The notes under the pieces are model-generated. The model saw only the letters and a program-made list of their open reading frames with translations. It did no database searches and was not told the DNA's origin. 64,000 bases of DNA from an uncultured Alphaproteobacteria bacterium. GTDB lineage: Bacteria; Pseudomonadota; Alphaproteobacteria; Rhizobiales; Beijerinckiaceae. How positions within the stretch are numbered: the stretch's first letter is position 1; every line of letters begins with the position of its first letter. This document shows positions 22,009 to 32,306 of this stretch, piece by piece. The translations under genes and the position numbers were made by a program. The stretch is taken from NCBI GenBank assembly GCA_963824465.1, contig CAWGPL010000008.1:1820-65819 (forward strand), in the 5' to 3' direction.

Positions 22009-22049
22009 AAGCCCACCTCTCGCGTCCCGAGGGACGGAGAGATGGGCTT
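22009..22049 (-). terminator. Stem-loop terminator after the rhamnose ABC operon
   Basis: AAGCCCAcCTCTCgCGTCCC-GA-GGGACGGAGAGaTGGGCTT inverted repeat 8 bp past the binding-protein stop. Confidence 0.7.
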
Positions 22050-22057
22050 CGGCAGGT

Positions 22058-23180
22058 TCAGAAGTCGAACTTGTCGATGTTCTCCTTGGTGAAGAGGAAG
22101 GGCGCGCCGAGCAGAACCTCGCTGCCGTTGATGACATTGAGCTTGCCGAGCTTACCGGCCTCGACCGAGGTGTCGCCGGGCTTCAACTTGCCGTCTACGG
22201 CCGCGCGCATGACGTAGGTCGCCGCATAGCCGAGGTCGATCGGGTTCCACAGCACGACCGACTTGACGCAGTCGGAATGGACGTAAGGCTTCATGGCGTT
22301 CGGCGTCGCCAGACCGACAACGGCGATTTTGCCGCACTGGCCCGCCTTGGTCACGGCCTCCGCCGAGGCCGGGGTCGCGACGGACGTCATCCCGAAGATG
22401 CCCTTCAGCTTGTCGCCGTATTTGTTGATGAGCGTGGTGGCCTGATTGAAGGAGAGGTTGTTGTCCTCCTGCGCCTCGACCGTTTCGAGCCACTGCATCT
22501 TCGGATGGCACTTGTCCATATAGGCCTGCATCTCGGCGATCCAGCGCGCCTGGTTCGGCGTCGTAAAGGTCGAGGTGACGATGGCGAAGGCTCCGTCCTC
22601 GCCGGCTTCCTTGGCCATGGCGTCCATCATCGCCTTGGCGATGCCGTTGAACTGCGCCTGGTTGACGAACCACTCGCGAGCGTCAGGACTTCGCGTCCGC
22701 GTCGTAACCGACAACGTGGATTCCCTTCGACAGAGCCTTCTTCAGAACGGGTGCGATGGCGACGGGGTCGTTGGCCGCAAACAGGATGCCGTTGACGCCG
22801 CTCGTGATGTAATTGTCGATGAACTTGATCTGCTCGTCGATCTTGGCTTCCGTCGGACCGTCGGTCTTGACCTTGACGTTGCCAAGCTCCTTGGCGGCTT
22901 CCTGTATGCCCTTCGAGGTGGCGTTGAAGTAGCCGATGCCGATGAGCTTGGGAATGTCGACGAGCGTGATCTCCTTGCCCGCCAGGTTCGGCGGATTGGT
23001 TGGTTGGCCGCCATTGTAGGGCTTCGAAGCAGGAGCTTCCGCCGCGCCCGTCCCGCAGGCAAGCGGGCTTGTCGGCTGGTCGTCGGCGCCGTCCCACTTG
23101 CTGGCGGCGTTGGCGGCGCCGCCCCAAGCGGCAAGCGCAAGCGCCGCGGTCGCCCCCATAAACAGATGTCTCAATGTCAT
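22058..23180 (-). CDS. Sugar ABC substrate-binding protein (RhaS/LsrB family); apparent frameshift near 22690
   Basis: Signal peptide; IPKLIGIGYFNATSKGIQEAAKELG, AANDPVAI, VVGYDAD, TPNQARWI, LWNPIDLGY, FTKENIDKFDF. Confidence 0.88.
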
Positions 23181-23242
23181 TGTCGCTTCCTTCCCTGTTT
23201 CGCCGCCAGATGCACGGCCCACTCTTCGTTATTGAAATCCGC

Positions 23243-24215
23243 TCACTCGCGCCGGCGCTGCAACGAACTCGCGATGAGAACCGACAGGATGAGCGCCACG
23301 CCGATCACGACGATCGTCGCATCGCCCTTGACGCCCGTCAACGCCAGACCATTCTTGAGAAGCTGGATCATGACAAGACCGATGACCGTGCCCCAGATCG
23401 TGCCGGAACCGCCGAAGATGCTCGTGCCACCGAGCACAACAGCGGCGATGACATCGAGTTCGTAGCCCGTGCCCATATCCATACGCGTCGTGGTGACCCG
23501 CGAAACGAGGACGATCGCCGCAAGACCCGATGCAAGGCCGGAGAGCGTGTAGACGATGAGCTTCGCACGATCGACATTTAGAGCGGAAAAGCGTGCGGCC
23601 GTTTCATTGGCCCCGATCGCATAGAGCGTCCGACCGAAGGTCGTGCGATCCAGCGCAACGCCAGCGATAACGATAAAGACGATAAGGATGAGGAGTTGTG
23701 TCGGCACCCCGAGCACGCTGCCTTGTCCCAGACCATAGAACCAGTCGGGATAGCCGCGCACCGATCGCGCCTTGCTAATTCCCTCGGCAAGTCCCCGATA
23801 GAGTGCGAGCGTCGCGATAGTCATAATCAGCGGCGGCACTTTCACCCGGGTTATGACGAGACCATTGACGAAACCCGCGACCCCGCCAACCGCGAGAGCG
23901 AACACGATTGCAAGCGGCAATGGGAAGCCGAAATTCTTCCAGGAATAGCCGAGCATAATTGCGCTCAAGCCCACGATGGCGCCAACCGAGAGATCGATGC
24001 CGCCGGTGACGATGACGAAGGTCATTGGCAGCGCGATAAGGCCAATCTCGGTCATCAGGCGGCCCTGATTCAGCAGATTGTCCAGAGTGAGAAACCTATC
24101 GTTGAAAGCGCCCAGCCCGGCGAGCGCGATCAGGAGGATGACACCTAGAATCGTTTCGTGCCGCAGGAGCCAGCGCGGAAGCGCGCGCGGCGAGGCGGCG
24201 GACGCGAAGACTCAT
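23243..24215 (-). CDS. Sugar ABC permease (RhaQ/LsrD-like); apparent frameshift just after the start codon
   Basis: LLRHETIL, ALPMTFVIVTGGIDLSVG, TTFGRTLYAIGANETAARFS, GYELDVIAAVVLGG. Confidence 0.88.
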
Positions 24216-24219
24216 GGGT

Positions 24220-25206
24220 CTACCTCCGCTCGGCGCGCCGCCGCCGGCGCAAGATGTCGACGATGACCGTCGCGAGGATCAAGGCCCCGCGGACCGCATC
24301 AGTCCAGTAGGGCGAGACGTTGACGAAGACGAGGGCGCTTGTGATCTCGGCGATGAGGATTGCCGCGAGAGTCGCTCCAACAACGGACCCTACACCCCCA
24401 AGGATACTGACGCCTCCCACGACTGAGGCAGTGATAATGGTAAGTTCGAGCCCCGCAGGCGTCGTTGACTGGATCACACGAAGCTGAGTTGCATAGACGA
24501 GCGTTGCGATTCCCGCGAAAAAGCCATGAAGCGCGAAGACCATCATCACGGTGCGCTGCGGATTGACGCCGCAGAGCCGCGCAGCCTCGGCATTGCCCCC
24601 GGTGGCGTAGATTGCGCGGCCATGTCCGCTATACTTCATCCACAGCGCGGCGAGCGCAGTCGCCACGACCATGATGACGACAGGCATCGGAACGCTGAAC
24701 AGATTCATATCTGCGAGGTGGAAGTTTGCAGGCAGATCCGTGATCCACCTTCCGCCAGTCACGCTGATGAGTCCGCCCTTCAGGATCGACAGCATGCCGA
24801 GCGTGACGACGATGGAAGGGATACGAAGGTAGGCGACGACGGCGCCCTGTGCCGCCATCACCGCCGCGCCGATCACCACGGGCGTAAGCCATGTGACGAC
24901 GACTGGAGCGCCAGCGACCGCGAGCGAGCCGCTCAGCGTGGCGAGAACGCCGATCAGCGCACCAACCGAAATGTCGATATTGCCAGAGATAATCACCATT
25001 GACATGCCAATCGCCGCGACCGCGATATAGGCGTTGCCGAGCAGAATGTCGGAAAGGTTGCGAGTAGCGAGAAACCGCGGATTGACGAAGCCGACCGCAA
25101 CCGCAAGCGCAACGATCGCGACCGCTAGCAGGGCCTCCTGCGTTGCAAAGCGACGCAAGAGGCTTGCACGCGCGGGCGCACGCGGGACGGCCGCAACTGC
25201 GCTCAC
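24220..25206 (-). CDS. Sugar ABC permease (RhaP/LsrC-like)
   Basis: GMSMVIISGNIDISVG, IPSIVVTLG, GRAIYATGGNAEAARLCG, LELTIITASVVGGVSILGG. Confidence 0.9.
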   Translation of the reverse strand: MSAVAAVPRAPARASLLRRFATQEALLAVAIVALAVAVGFVNPRFLATRNLSDILLGNAYIAVAAIGMSMVIISGNIDISVGALIGVLATLSGSLAVAGAPVVVTWLTPVVIGAAVMAAQGAVVAYLRIPSIVVTLGMLSILKGGLISVTGGRWITDLPANFHLADMNLFSVPMPVVIMVVATALAALWMKYSGHGRAIYATGGNAEAARLCGVNPQRTVMMVFALHGFFAGIATLVYATQLRVIQSTTPAGLELTIITASVVGGVSILGGVGSVVGATLAAILIAEITSALVFVNVSPYWTDAVRGALILATVIVDILRRRRRAERR

Positions 25207-26747
25207 GCGGCCTGCTCCGCGGCCGGCTCGCCGCCCATCATCGCGGCTCCGACCGCCTCGGAAGTGGCATGCTCACGATCGAACTCGGCGACGATTTTGC
25301 CCTCACGCATGACCAGCACGCGGTCGCTCATTCCGAGCACCTCCGGAAGTTCCGACGAGATCATAAGGATCGCAACGCCAGAACTGGCGAGTTCTCCCAT
25401 CAAGCGATGAATCTCCGCCTTTGCGCCGACGTCAATGCCACGCGTGGGCTCATCAAGAATTAGGAGCCGAGGATTGTTGGCGAGCCACTTGCCGAGAACG
25501 ATTTTCTGTTGGTTGCCGCCCGAAAGCCGCCCGGCGATCTCGTCGACAGAGCTCGTTTTGACACTGAAGCGCCGTACGCCGTCTTCCGCCATCCGGCGCT
25601 CCGCCCCACGGTCAATAAAGCCGCCACGCGAGAGCGAATTGAGCGCGGCAAGCGAGAAGTTGTGAAGGACGCTCATCGCGCGAACGAGCCCTTGAGTGCC
25701 TCGGTCCTCCGGGACATAAGCCACGCCAAGGGCGCGCGCGGTCCCGGGCGAGTCGAATCGCGACCCGCTTGCCGGCGACGACAATCTCGCCGGATTCCGC
25801 GGGCGTCACCCCGAAGAGTGTCTGCGCCAGCTCGCTGCGGCCGGAGCCGACGAGGCCGGCGAGACCAACAATCTCTCCCGCTCGAACGGTGAGGCTAACG
25901 CCTCGGGTCGCCGGACGTCGCACAATCGCCCGCGCCTGCAGCACCGGACCGCCAATCGACACCGACTTCTTCGGAAAAAGGTTGTCGATCTTACGGCCGA
26001 CCATCATCTGAATGAGTTCGGTGGAGTTCGTCTCCGCCACGTTTCGCGAGCCAACGTAAGCTCCGTCTCGCAACACAGTCACGCGATCGGCGATCGTGAA
26101 GATCTCGTCCATGCGATGACTGATGTATATGATGCCGACGCCGCGCTCTTTGAGACGGCGCACGATGTCGAACAGGCGCGTGACATCGGCTTCAGTCAGC
26201 GCAGCGGTGGGCTCATCCATTATGAGAATGCGCGCGTCATACGAAAGGGCGCGGAGGATTTCAACGCGCTGACGATGACCAACCGACAGCGATCCTACGA
26301 TCTGGTCCGCCGCGAGATCGTGAATATCGAGCGAGGCGAGCAATACGTTGGCGCGAGTTCGCATCGCGCGCCAGTCGATTCTACCACCTGCGCCGCGTGG
26401 CGCATGCCCAAGAAAGATATTTTCGGCGACTGTCAGTTCGGGGAAGAGCAGCAATTCCTGATAGATCGTGGCGATCCCGGCGTGACGGGCGTCGTCGGGC
26501 GAGGAAAGGATAGTTTTCCGCCCGTCAACAAGGATCTCGCCGAGTCCGGTTGATAGACTCCCGAAACGATCTTGATGAGCGTCGATTTGCCCGCGCCATT
26601 CTCGCCGAGCAGCGCGTGCACCTCCCCGGCCCGCACCTCGAAGGACACTCCCGAGAGGGCGCGCACGCCCGGAAACGCCTTTTGGATGTCCTTGACCGCT
26701 AGCAAGACCGCAGCCTTATCTCCAGCGGCGCTTACTCCATCACTCAT
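25203..26747 (-). CDS. Sugar ABC ATP-binding protein (RhaT-like); two apparent frameshifts (~26543, ~25756)
   Basis: [45 protein letters not shown] across three ORFs. Confidence 0.9.
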
Positions 26748-27556
26748 GCCGCCCTCGGGGACAACGCGCTGATGTCGACGACGATGGTTTGCACACCCGC
26801 CTCAGCAAGCATAGCGAGCGTGTCGGACGAAACCTGGGAGTCTGTGATTAACGTATCGACCTCGGTCAGCGGGCAAACGACAAGGCTGCCGCGGGGAGCA
26901 AATTTCGACGCATCCGCGAGCACAACCAGTCGATCGGCGCGCTTGAGCAGCTTCGCCTCAGCGCGCGCGATCAGCGGATCGCCCTCGATGACGCCAAGAG
27001 GGCCGATCGAGATCGCGCTCATGAACATCAGGCGCGCCGAATAACGTTGTATCGCATCGTCGTCGAAGGGAGCGACAATCAGGGCTTGATCGCGATAGAC
27101 TTCGCCGCCTGGCAGAGCGACCCAATTCTCCGTGTCCCTGATCAAGAAGTCAGCGAGCGGGTATGAATTCGTTAAGATCTTAAGACGCCTATCCCGGAGG
27201 AACTCTGACATCTGGTAGGTCGTCGTGCCGCCGTTGATTATTATTGCATCTCCATCCGCGCACATCTCGACCGCCCTCCGAGCGATCGCGCGTTTGGCCT
27301 CGATGTTGGTTGTTCGAGCGACATCGAAGGAGCCCGTAGCTAACCTTGCTTGGCCCACATCTTTTGCGAAAGGATTGGCGACGGCCTGAATGCCACCGTG
27401 AACGCGCTCTGCAAATCCCGCCTCCGCCAGCCGCCCCGCGTCTCTCCTCGCCGATGCAGCCGAAACGCCGGTTGCGGCCATGATGTCCGCAATCGAGACA
27501 AACCGACGCTCGGTCAGTAAATTACGCAGAATTTCGGCGCGCTGTCGCTCGCGCAT
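26744..27556 (-). CDS. rhaR: DeoR-family regulator of rhamnose utilisation (rhizobial RhaR-like)
   Basis: [50 protein letters not shown]; divergent from rhaD-rhaI. Confidence 0.85.
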   Translation of the reverse strand: MRERQRAEILRNLLTERRFVSIADIMAATGVSAASARRDAGRLAEAGFAERVHGGIQAVANPFAKDVGQARLATGSFDVARTTNIEAKRAIARRAVEMCADGDAIIINGGTTTYQMSEFLRDRRLKILTNSYPLADFLIRDTENWVALPGGEVYRDQALIVAPFDDDAIQRYSARLMFMSAISIGPLGVIEGDPLIARAEAKLLKRADRLVVLADASKFAPRGSLVVCPLTEVDTLITDSQVSSDTLAMLAEAGVQTIVVDISALSPRAA

Positions 27557-27630
27557 GACCTTGGAGGTTTCCTCAATTTAGTGTTTGTTGTGGTCGAAGT
27601 TGCCATCCGAACTGCAGAGTGTCAATCGCA

Positions 27631-27660
27631 TTCGCTCAAACGCGCTCATTCAAGCGCATC
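27631..27660. promoter_or_regulatory. Candidate DeoR/RhaR operator: three direct repeats with 10-bp period
   Basis: ttcGCTCAaa / cgcGCTCAtt / caaGCGCAtc between the divergent rhaR and rhaD genes. Confidence 0.45.
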
Positions 27661-27735
27661 GATATGATCGTCTCTTGACCGAAACTGGCTGCTTTCATAG
27701 AGGACAGTAAAAATTAGTCGGGATTAGGAGAGGAA

Positions 27736-29848
27736 TTGCCCGTGAGCGGATTCGCTTCCCGAAGCAATGGATTGCTGCCCAACCTGTGGGATGACGACTA
27801 TGCCGCAAAGCTGGATGAGCCGGGGCGTCTGCTTTACCGATCAAACTTGCTTGGCGGCGACCTGCGCATCACCAATTTCGGCGGCGGCAACACGTCCGCG
27901 AAGATCCCCAGTTCGGACCCGATGACCGGAGACGAAACGAGCGTCCTCTGGGTTAAGGGATCAGGGGGCGACCTCGGATCGATGAAGCTCGACGGCTTTG
28001 CAACCCTCTATCTGGACAAGCTAAATGCTTTGAAGACTCGATATCGCGGCCCCGCCCACGAAGACGAGATGGTCGCGATGTTCAACCACTGCACCTTCGA
28101 TCTCAATCCGCGCGCGGCCTCTATCGACACGCCGTTGCACGGGTTCGTGCCATATCCGCACGTCGATCACGTCCATGCTGACGCCGTCATAGCGATCGCG
28201 GCGAGCGAAAACGCGGAAGAACTGACGCGCAAGGCCTTCGGCGAAGAGATCGGATTTTTACCCTGGCAGCGGCCGGGATTTGATTTGGGACTGAAACTCG
28301 GCGCGATGGCGAATACCAATCCAAAGCTCACGGGCGTGGTTCTCGGCGGCCACGGCCTCTTCACTTGGGGAGAAAGCGCCAAGGCCTGCTACGAGACGAC
28401 GATCAATATTATCAATAGGGCGGCCGCTTGGCTCGCCGCTAACGGCAAGGGTGAGACCTTTGGCGGCGAAGTCGTGGACGCGCTGCCGCCAGAGCGGCGC
28501 CGGGAGATCGCGATCAGCCTCATGCCCGAGATTCGAAAGCGAATCTGCAAGGGCGAGCGCAAGGTCGGGCATTTCTTCGACACTGCTGAAGTCCTGGAGT
28601 TTGTGAACTCCCGCGATCTGAGGTCACTTGCTGCGCTCGGCACATCCTGCCCGGATCATTTCCTGCGCACCAAGATCCGGCCCCTTGTGCTGCCATTCGA
28701 CCCAGCCTCGGGCAACCTCGATTCGGTCATCTCTTCCCTCGACCAGATTTTTGCCGACTATCGCACGGACTATTCGGCCTATTACGAACGCTGCAAGCGC
28801 GCGGACTCTCCGAAAATGCGCGATCCCAACGCGGTGATTTATTTGATCCCGGGCGTCGGCATGCTCTCCTTCGCGAAGGACAAGGCTACGGCTCGAAATC
28901 GCCTCGGAATTCTATGTGAATGCGATCAACGTGATGCGGGGCGCTTCCAGCGTCAGCAAGTATGTTGGCCTCTCCGAGCAGGAGGCGTTCAATATAGAAT
29001 ACTGGCTGCTCGAGGAGGCGAAGCTTCAACGGATGCCTAAGCCGAAGTCGCTTGCGGGCCGTATCGCCCTCGTAACCGGCGGCGCCGGCGGCATCGGACG
29101 CGCCATTGCGGAGAGGCTCATGGGCGAAGGCGCCTGTGTGGTGCTCTCCGACAATGACGAGGCGAGCCTCAATGCGACGGTCGCCGAATACGGCAAGCGT
29201 TTCGGCAGGGATGCTGTCCTGGGTACATTAACCGATGTGACTTCCGAGGAGGCGGTCGCGGCCGCATTCCGCGACACGGTCTTGGCCTACGGCGGAATTG
29301 ACATTGTCGTCGCCAACGCCGGATTCGCCTCAGCCGCCGCGTTCGAAGAAACGTCGCTGGAGCTATGGAACCGCAATATCGCCATCCTCGCGACCGGTTA
29401 CTTTTTGGCGGCGCGCGAGGGTTACAAGATCATGAAGGAGCAGGGGCTCGGCGGCAGCATCGTGTTCATCGCTTCGAAGAACGCGCTCGCAGCCTCTCCC
29501 GGCGCCTCGGCCTATTGCACCGCGAAGGCCGCAGAGATCCATCTCGCGCGCTGCATCGCGCTCGAGGGCGCTCCCCACGGGATTCGGGCCAATGTTGTCA
29601 ATCCCGACGCAGTGTTAAGAGGCTCAAAAATTTGGCAGGGTGAATGGCGGACCCAACGCGCCGCCTCCAACAAGGTCTCCGAGGCCGAGCTGGAGGAGGT
29701 TTATCGCCAGCGGTCGCTCTTGAAGCGCTCGGTGTTCCCCGAGGACATCGCGGAGGCTGTATATTATTTCGCCTCCGACCTGTCGGCGAAGAGCACAGGC
29801 AATATCCTTAATGTCGATGCCGGCAATGCCGTGAGTTTCGCGCGCTAG
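27736..29848 (+). CDS. rhaD: Bifunctional rhamnulose-1-phosphate aldolase/short-chain dehydrogenase; apparent frameshift near 28897
   Basis: YRSNLLGGDLRITNFGGGNTSAK, VKGSGGDL, SIDTPLH, HVDHVHAD, GTSCPDHFLRTK, IEYWLLEEAKL, TGGAGGIG, YCTAK. Confidence 0.95.
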
Positions 29849-29873
29849 AGGTGAGCTAACAGGGGAGGAGCGG

Positions 29874-31184
29874 ATGTCCTATCAGGATCATATCGCCTAT
29901 CGAATTCCCGACAGCCTGATCGCCGAGGAGAACGCCGGGCTCGCCAACGCGCAGGCTGAGGATTACGCCGCGCTTGCCCGACGGCTCGGCCGCGCCGGCG
30001 TCGATATTGAAAAGGTCACCGCCAAGGTCGCAGGCTTCGCAGTCGCCGTGCCAACCTGGGGCGTCGGCACGGGTGGCACGCGCTTCGCCCGCTTTCCAGG
30101 TCCGGGCGAGCCGCGCGGGATCCTCGAGAAGCTCGAAGACTGCGCGACCATTCATCAGCTCACGCGCGCGACGCCAACCTGCTCTCCGCACTTCCCTTGG
30201 GACAAAGTGAGTGACTATGGCGAGTTGGCGGAGCGGGCCAAGACCCTGGGCGTCGGCTTCGATGCGGTCAACTCGAACACCTTCCAGGACCAGCCTGGTC
30301 AGGCGCTCTCTTACAAATTCGGCTCGCTCACCCACAGCGACAAGGCGGTTCGCGAGCAGGCTATCGCTCACAATGTCGAATGCATCGCAATCGGCCAAAA
30401 ACTCGGGTCGAAGGCCTTGACCGTCTGGATTGGGGACGGCTCCAACTTCCCCGGACAATCGAACCTAGACCGCGCGTTCGACTGGTATCTCGAGTTGATG
30501 GGCGCGGTTTACGCTGCGCTCCCGGGCGACTGGCGGGTCTTCCTGGAACACAAATTCTATGAGCCGGCCTTCTATTCCACCGTCATCTCGGACTGGGGTT
30601 CGAGCCTGATGGCCGCTCAGGCCTTGGGGCCGAAGGCGTTCTGCCTCGTCGATCTTGGCCACCACGCCCCGAACGTCAATATCGAACAAATTGTCTCCCG
30701 GCTCATCCGTGCAGGCAAGCTCGCGGGTTTCCACTTCAATGATTTAAAATATGGCGACGACGATCTGGACGCCGGCGCGATCGATCCGTTCCGGCTCTAT
30801 CGCGTGTTCTTCGAGCTTGTCGACGCGGCCGAGCGAAGCACGCCGGGTTTCGACCCGGCCTACATGATCGACGAATCCCACAACGTGACCGACCCGATCG
30901 AGAGCCTGATCGCCTCCGCGACCGAGATCCAGCGCGCCTACGCACAGGCCCTGGTCATTGACCGACAGACGCTCGAAGCCGCGCAGGAAGCCAACGACGT
31001 CATGAGCGCGGCCCGCCTCTTCAGGGCGGGGTTCCAGACGGATGTTTCCCCCATCCTTGCAGAGGCGCGCAAGCGCTCGGGGGGCGCGATTGACCCGATC
31101 GCCGTCTATCGAACCTCAAAATACCGCGATCACAAGGCCAAGGAGCGCCCTGCCGCGGGCGGCTCTTCCTCGGGCATTGTCTGA
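29874..31184 (+). CDS. rhaI: L-rhamnose isomerase (RhaI type)
   Basis: VPTWGVGTGGTRFARFPG, HFPWD, VNSNTFQDQ, WIGDGSNFPGQ, EHKFYEPAFY, DLGHH, SHNVTDPIE. Confidence 0.95.
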   Translation: MSYQDHIAYRIPDSLIAEENAGLANAQAEDYAALARRLGRAGVDIEKVTAKVAGFAVAVPTWGVGTGGTRFARFPGPGEPRGILEKLEDCATIHQLTRATPTCSPHFPWDKVSDYGELAERAKTLGVGFDAVNSNTFQDQPGQALSYKFGSLTHSDKAVREQAIAHNVECIAIGQKLGSKALTVWIGDGSNFPGQSNLDRAFDWYLELMGAVYAALPGDWRVFLEHKFYEPAFYSTVISDWGSSLMAAQALGPKAFCLVDLGHHAPNVNIEQIVSRLIRAGKLAGFHFNDLKYGDDDLDAGAIDPFRLYRVFFELVDAAERSTPGFDPAYMIDESHNVTDPIESLIASATEIQRAYAQALVIDRQTLEAAQEANDVMSAARLFRAGFQTDVSPILAEARKRSGGAIDPIAVYRTSKYRDHKAKERPAAGGSSSGIV

Positions 31185-31214
31185 CCTCAGCGCCCCGGCG
31201 GAGCCGCCGCCCGA

Positions 31215-31652
31215 CTACTCCGCAGGCGTCGCGGGCGTGGAAAAGCGCTCGCCGCGCAGTGCGACCCGCGCTTCGCGGCGACGGAAACGACGGAACGCCA
31301 TGCGGATGTCCCGGAAGAGCCGTACGAGCGCATTAGGCTCCCGGAAGTGCTCCCCAAACTCCCGATTGGTCACGAACGGCGTCCAGTAGTCGCGCCTCCA
31401 TACATCGAACGTTGCGGCGAGCTCGTCGGTCTGCTCGGGCCGGATTTGCATTGCCGCGCAGCGACAATGCGCCTCGATCCGTACGCCGCCGCGGCGGTCG
31501 AAATAGAAACGGTGACGGCTCGGCACATGCTCCAGCGAACCCGTTGTGAACTCGAAGTCCTCAGGCTGCTCGCGCAACGCCGCGATCATCGGCGAGGCGT
31601 CGAGATAACGAAGCGTGCGGCCCGGGGCGTAACTGAAGTCGACATTTGCCAT
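31215..31652 (-). CDS. Hypothetical protein (~145 aa)
   Basis: Open frame with plausible composition and a GAAGGA RBS-like sequence upstream; HVPSRHRF and HCRC motifs. Confidence 0.65.
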   Translation of the reverse strand: MANVDFSYAPGRTLRYLDASPMIAALREQPEDFEFTTGSLEHVPSRHRFYFDRRGGVRIEAHCRCAAMQIRPEQTDELAATFDVWRRDYWTPFVTNREFGEHFREPNALVRLFRDIRMAFRRFRRREARVALRGERFSTPATPAE

Positions 31653-32306
31653 TGGGGTCTTCCTTCGCCTAAGAGCCCCAGCCCAAAGCGTCCAGCGATC
31701 TATTGCCGCAAGGGCGACTTCGACGCCCATAACGCGCGAGATCGGCTTTTGTGCGATGCTGCGCACTCAAATCGCCCCCTTTCAACATCATTACATCGGG
31801 TATCATTTCTTAGCGCTCTGTCGGATGACCGGCGACAGGGCGAGAAGCGATCGAGGCGAACCCATTCGGCCATCGGTCCTCCGTCCGGAACTCCACTTCC
31901 CGCGCGTCTCTCAGACAAGCGCAGAAATGTTTTCGAGCGAAACTTTTCAGAGGGTTAGGTGTCATTTTTTGCAACTTTCGAAACTTTCGCCGCCACGCGC
32001 CGTATCTCCGGCGCGATTTACCCTTGACCCATCGGACAACACCCTCGTTCCAAACGCCACATCTATTCTGCAGTAACGAAAGATCATATCAACAATTTCA
32101 TAAAAACACAATAAATTGCTGCAAGGCGTTCATTTCCCTCAGTTGAGGATAGCCCTCGACGCTGTTGTCCGCTTTCGCCTCTATCGCTCAGTGGAAAGGT
32201 TTGAAAAAGGGGAGCGCCGCAATCGCCAAAGATTTGGCGATTCGCGCCAAATCCTCTAATTCGGCGTCGCTTTCACGAAATTCTCCAACCTGGCTTTTTC
32301 GACACC

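Noticed and set aside
22058-27556. Lsr AI-2 quorum-sensing operon
   Set aside because: No lsrK, lsrF or lsrG; the regulator is DeoR/RhaR type and linked to rhaD-rhaI; the binding protein has NQ where LsrB has DQ.
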